The position numbers and the translations under genes were made by a program. Of a stretch of DNA of 64,000 nt, positions 63,903 to 64,000 are shown piece by piece. Origin of the DNA: Laetmonice hystrix (Eukaryota); contig OZ249453.1 of NCBI GenBank assembly GCA_965235115.1, positions 15,686,001 through 15,750,000 on the forward strand, read 5' to 3'. The notes below the pieces were generated by a model that saw nothing but the letters and a program-made list of their open reading frames with translations, had not been told where the DNA came from and made no database searches. Numbering within the stretch: position 1 is the first letter of the stretch; the number at the start of each line of letters is the position of its first letter.

Positions 63903-64000
63903 GTGGGTGGGTGGGTGGGTGAGTGGGTGGGTGAGTGGTTGGGTGAGTGGTTGGGTGTGTGGTTGGGTGTGTGGTTGGGTGTGTGGTTAGGTGTGTGGGT
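63903..64000. repeat. GT-rich simple repeat (gggtgagtggtt / gggtgtgtggtt, 12 bp), running off the window end
   Basis: Directly visible. Confidence 0.9.

Overview
Eukaryotic (invertebrate bilaterian-like; taxon not determinable here) genomic DNA. The window lies almost entirely inside one large + strand gene, an orthologue of the PRDM3/PRDM16 (MECOM/EVI1, Drosophila hamlet, C. elegans egl-43) PR/SET zinc-finger transcription factor. Three phase-compatible coding exons are present: 8690-8824 and 19031-19142 (second half of the PR domain) and 34683-35022 (zinc finger 1 plus a His/Gln-rich tract). I found neither the upstream PR exon nor the next zinc-finger exon, so introns of >8.7 kb and >29 kb run off the ends. 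The introns hold a 5.16-kb deleted CMC-EnSpm (CACTA-like) transposon with TA target duplication, inserted into an older DIRS/Ngaro-like retroelement remnant. They also hold EnSpm-, piggyBac- and Harbinger-like MITEs and about a dozen minisatellites, many built on a small hairpin. Nearly all long ORFs in the supplied track are repeat artefacts. The most interesting unexplained signal is in the last intron: GC-rich promoter-like islands carrying ATG-plus-donor mini-exons whose phase (2) matches the donor of the last recognised exon. These could give PR-less, EVI1-like short isoforms. The locus also shows an apparent excess of RFX X-box, CTCF-like and K50-homeodomain motifs. All regulatory and isoform claims are inferences and need transcript or chromatin data.
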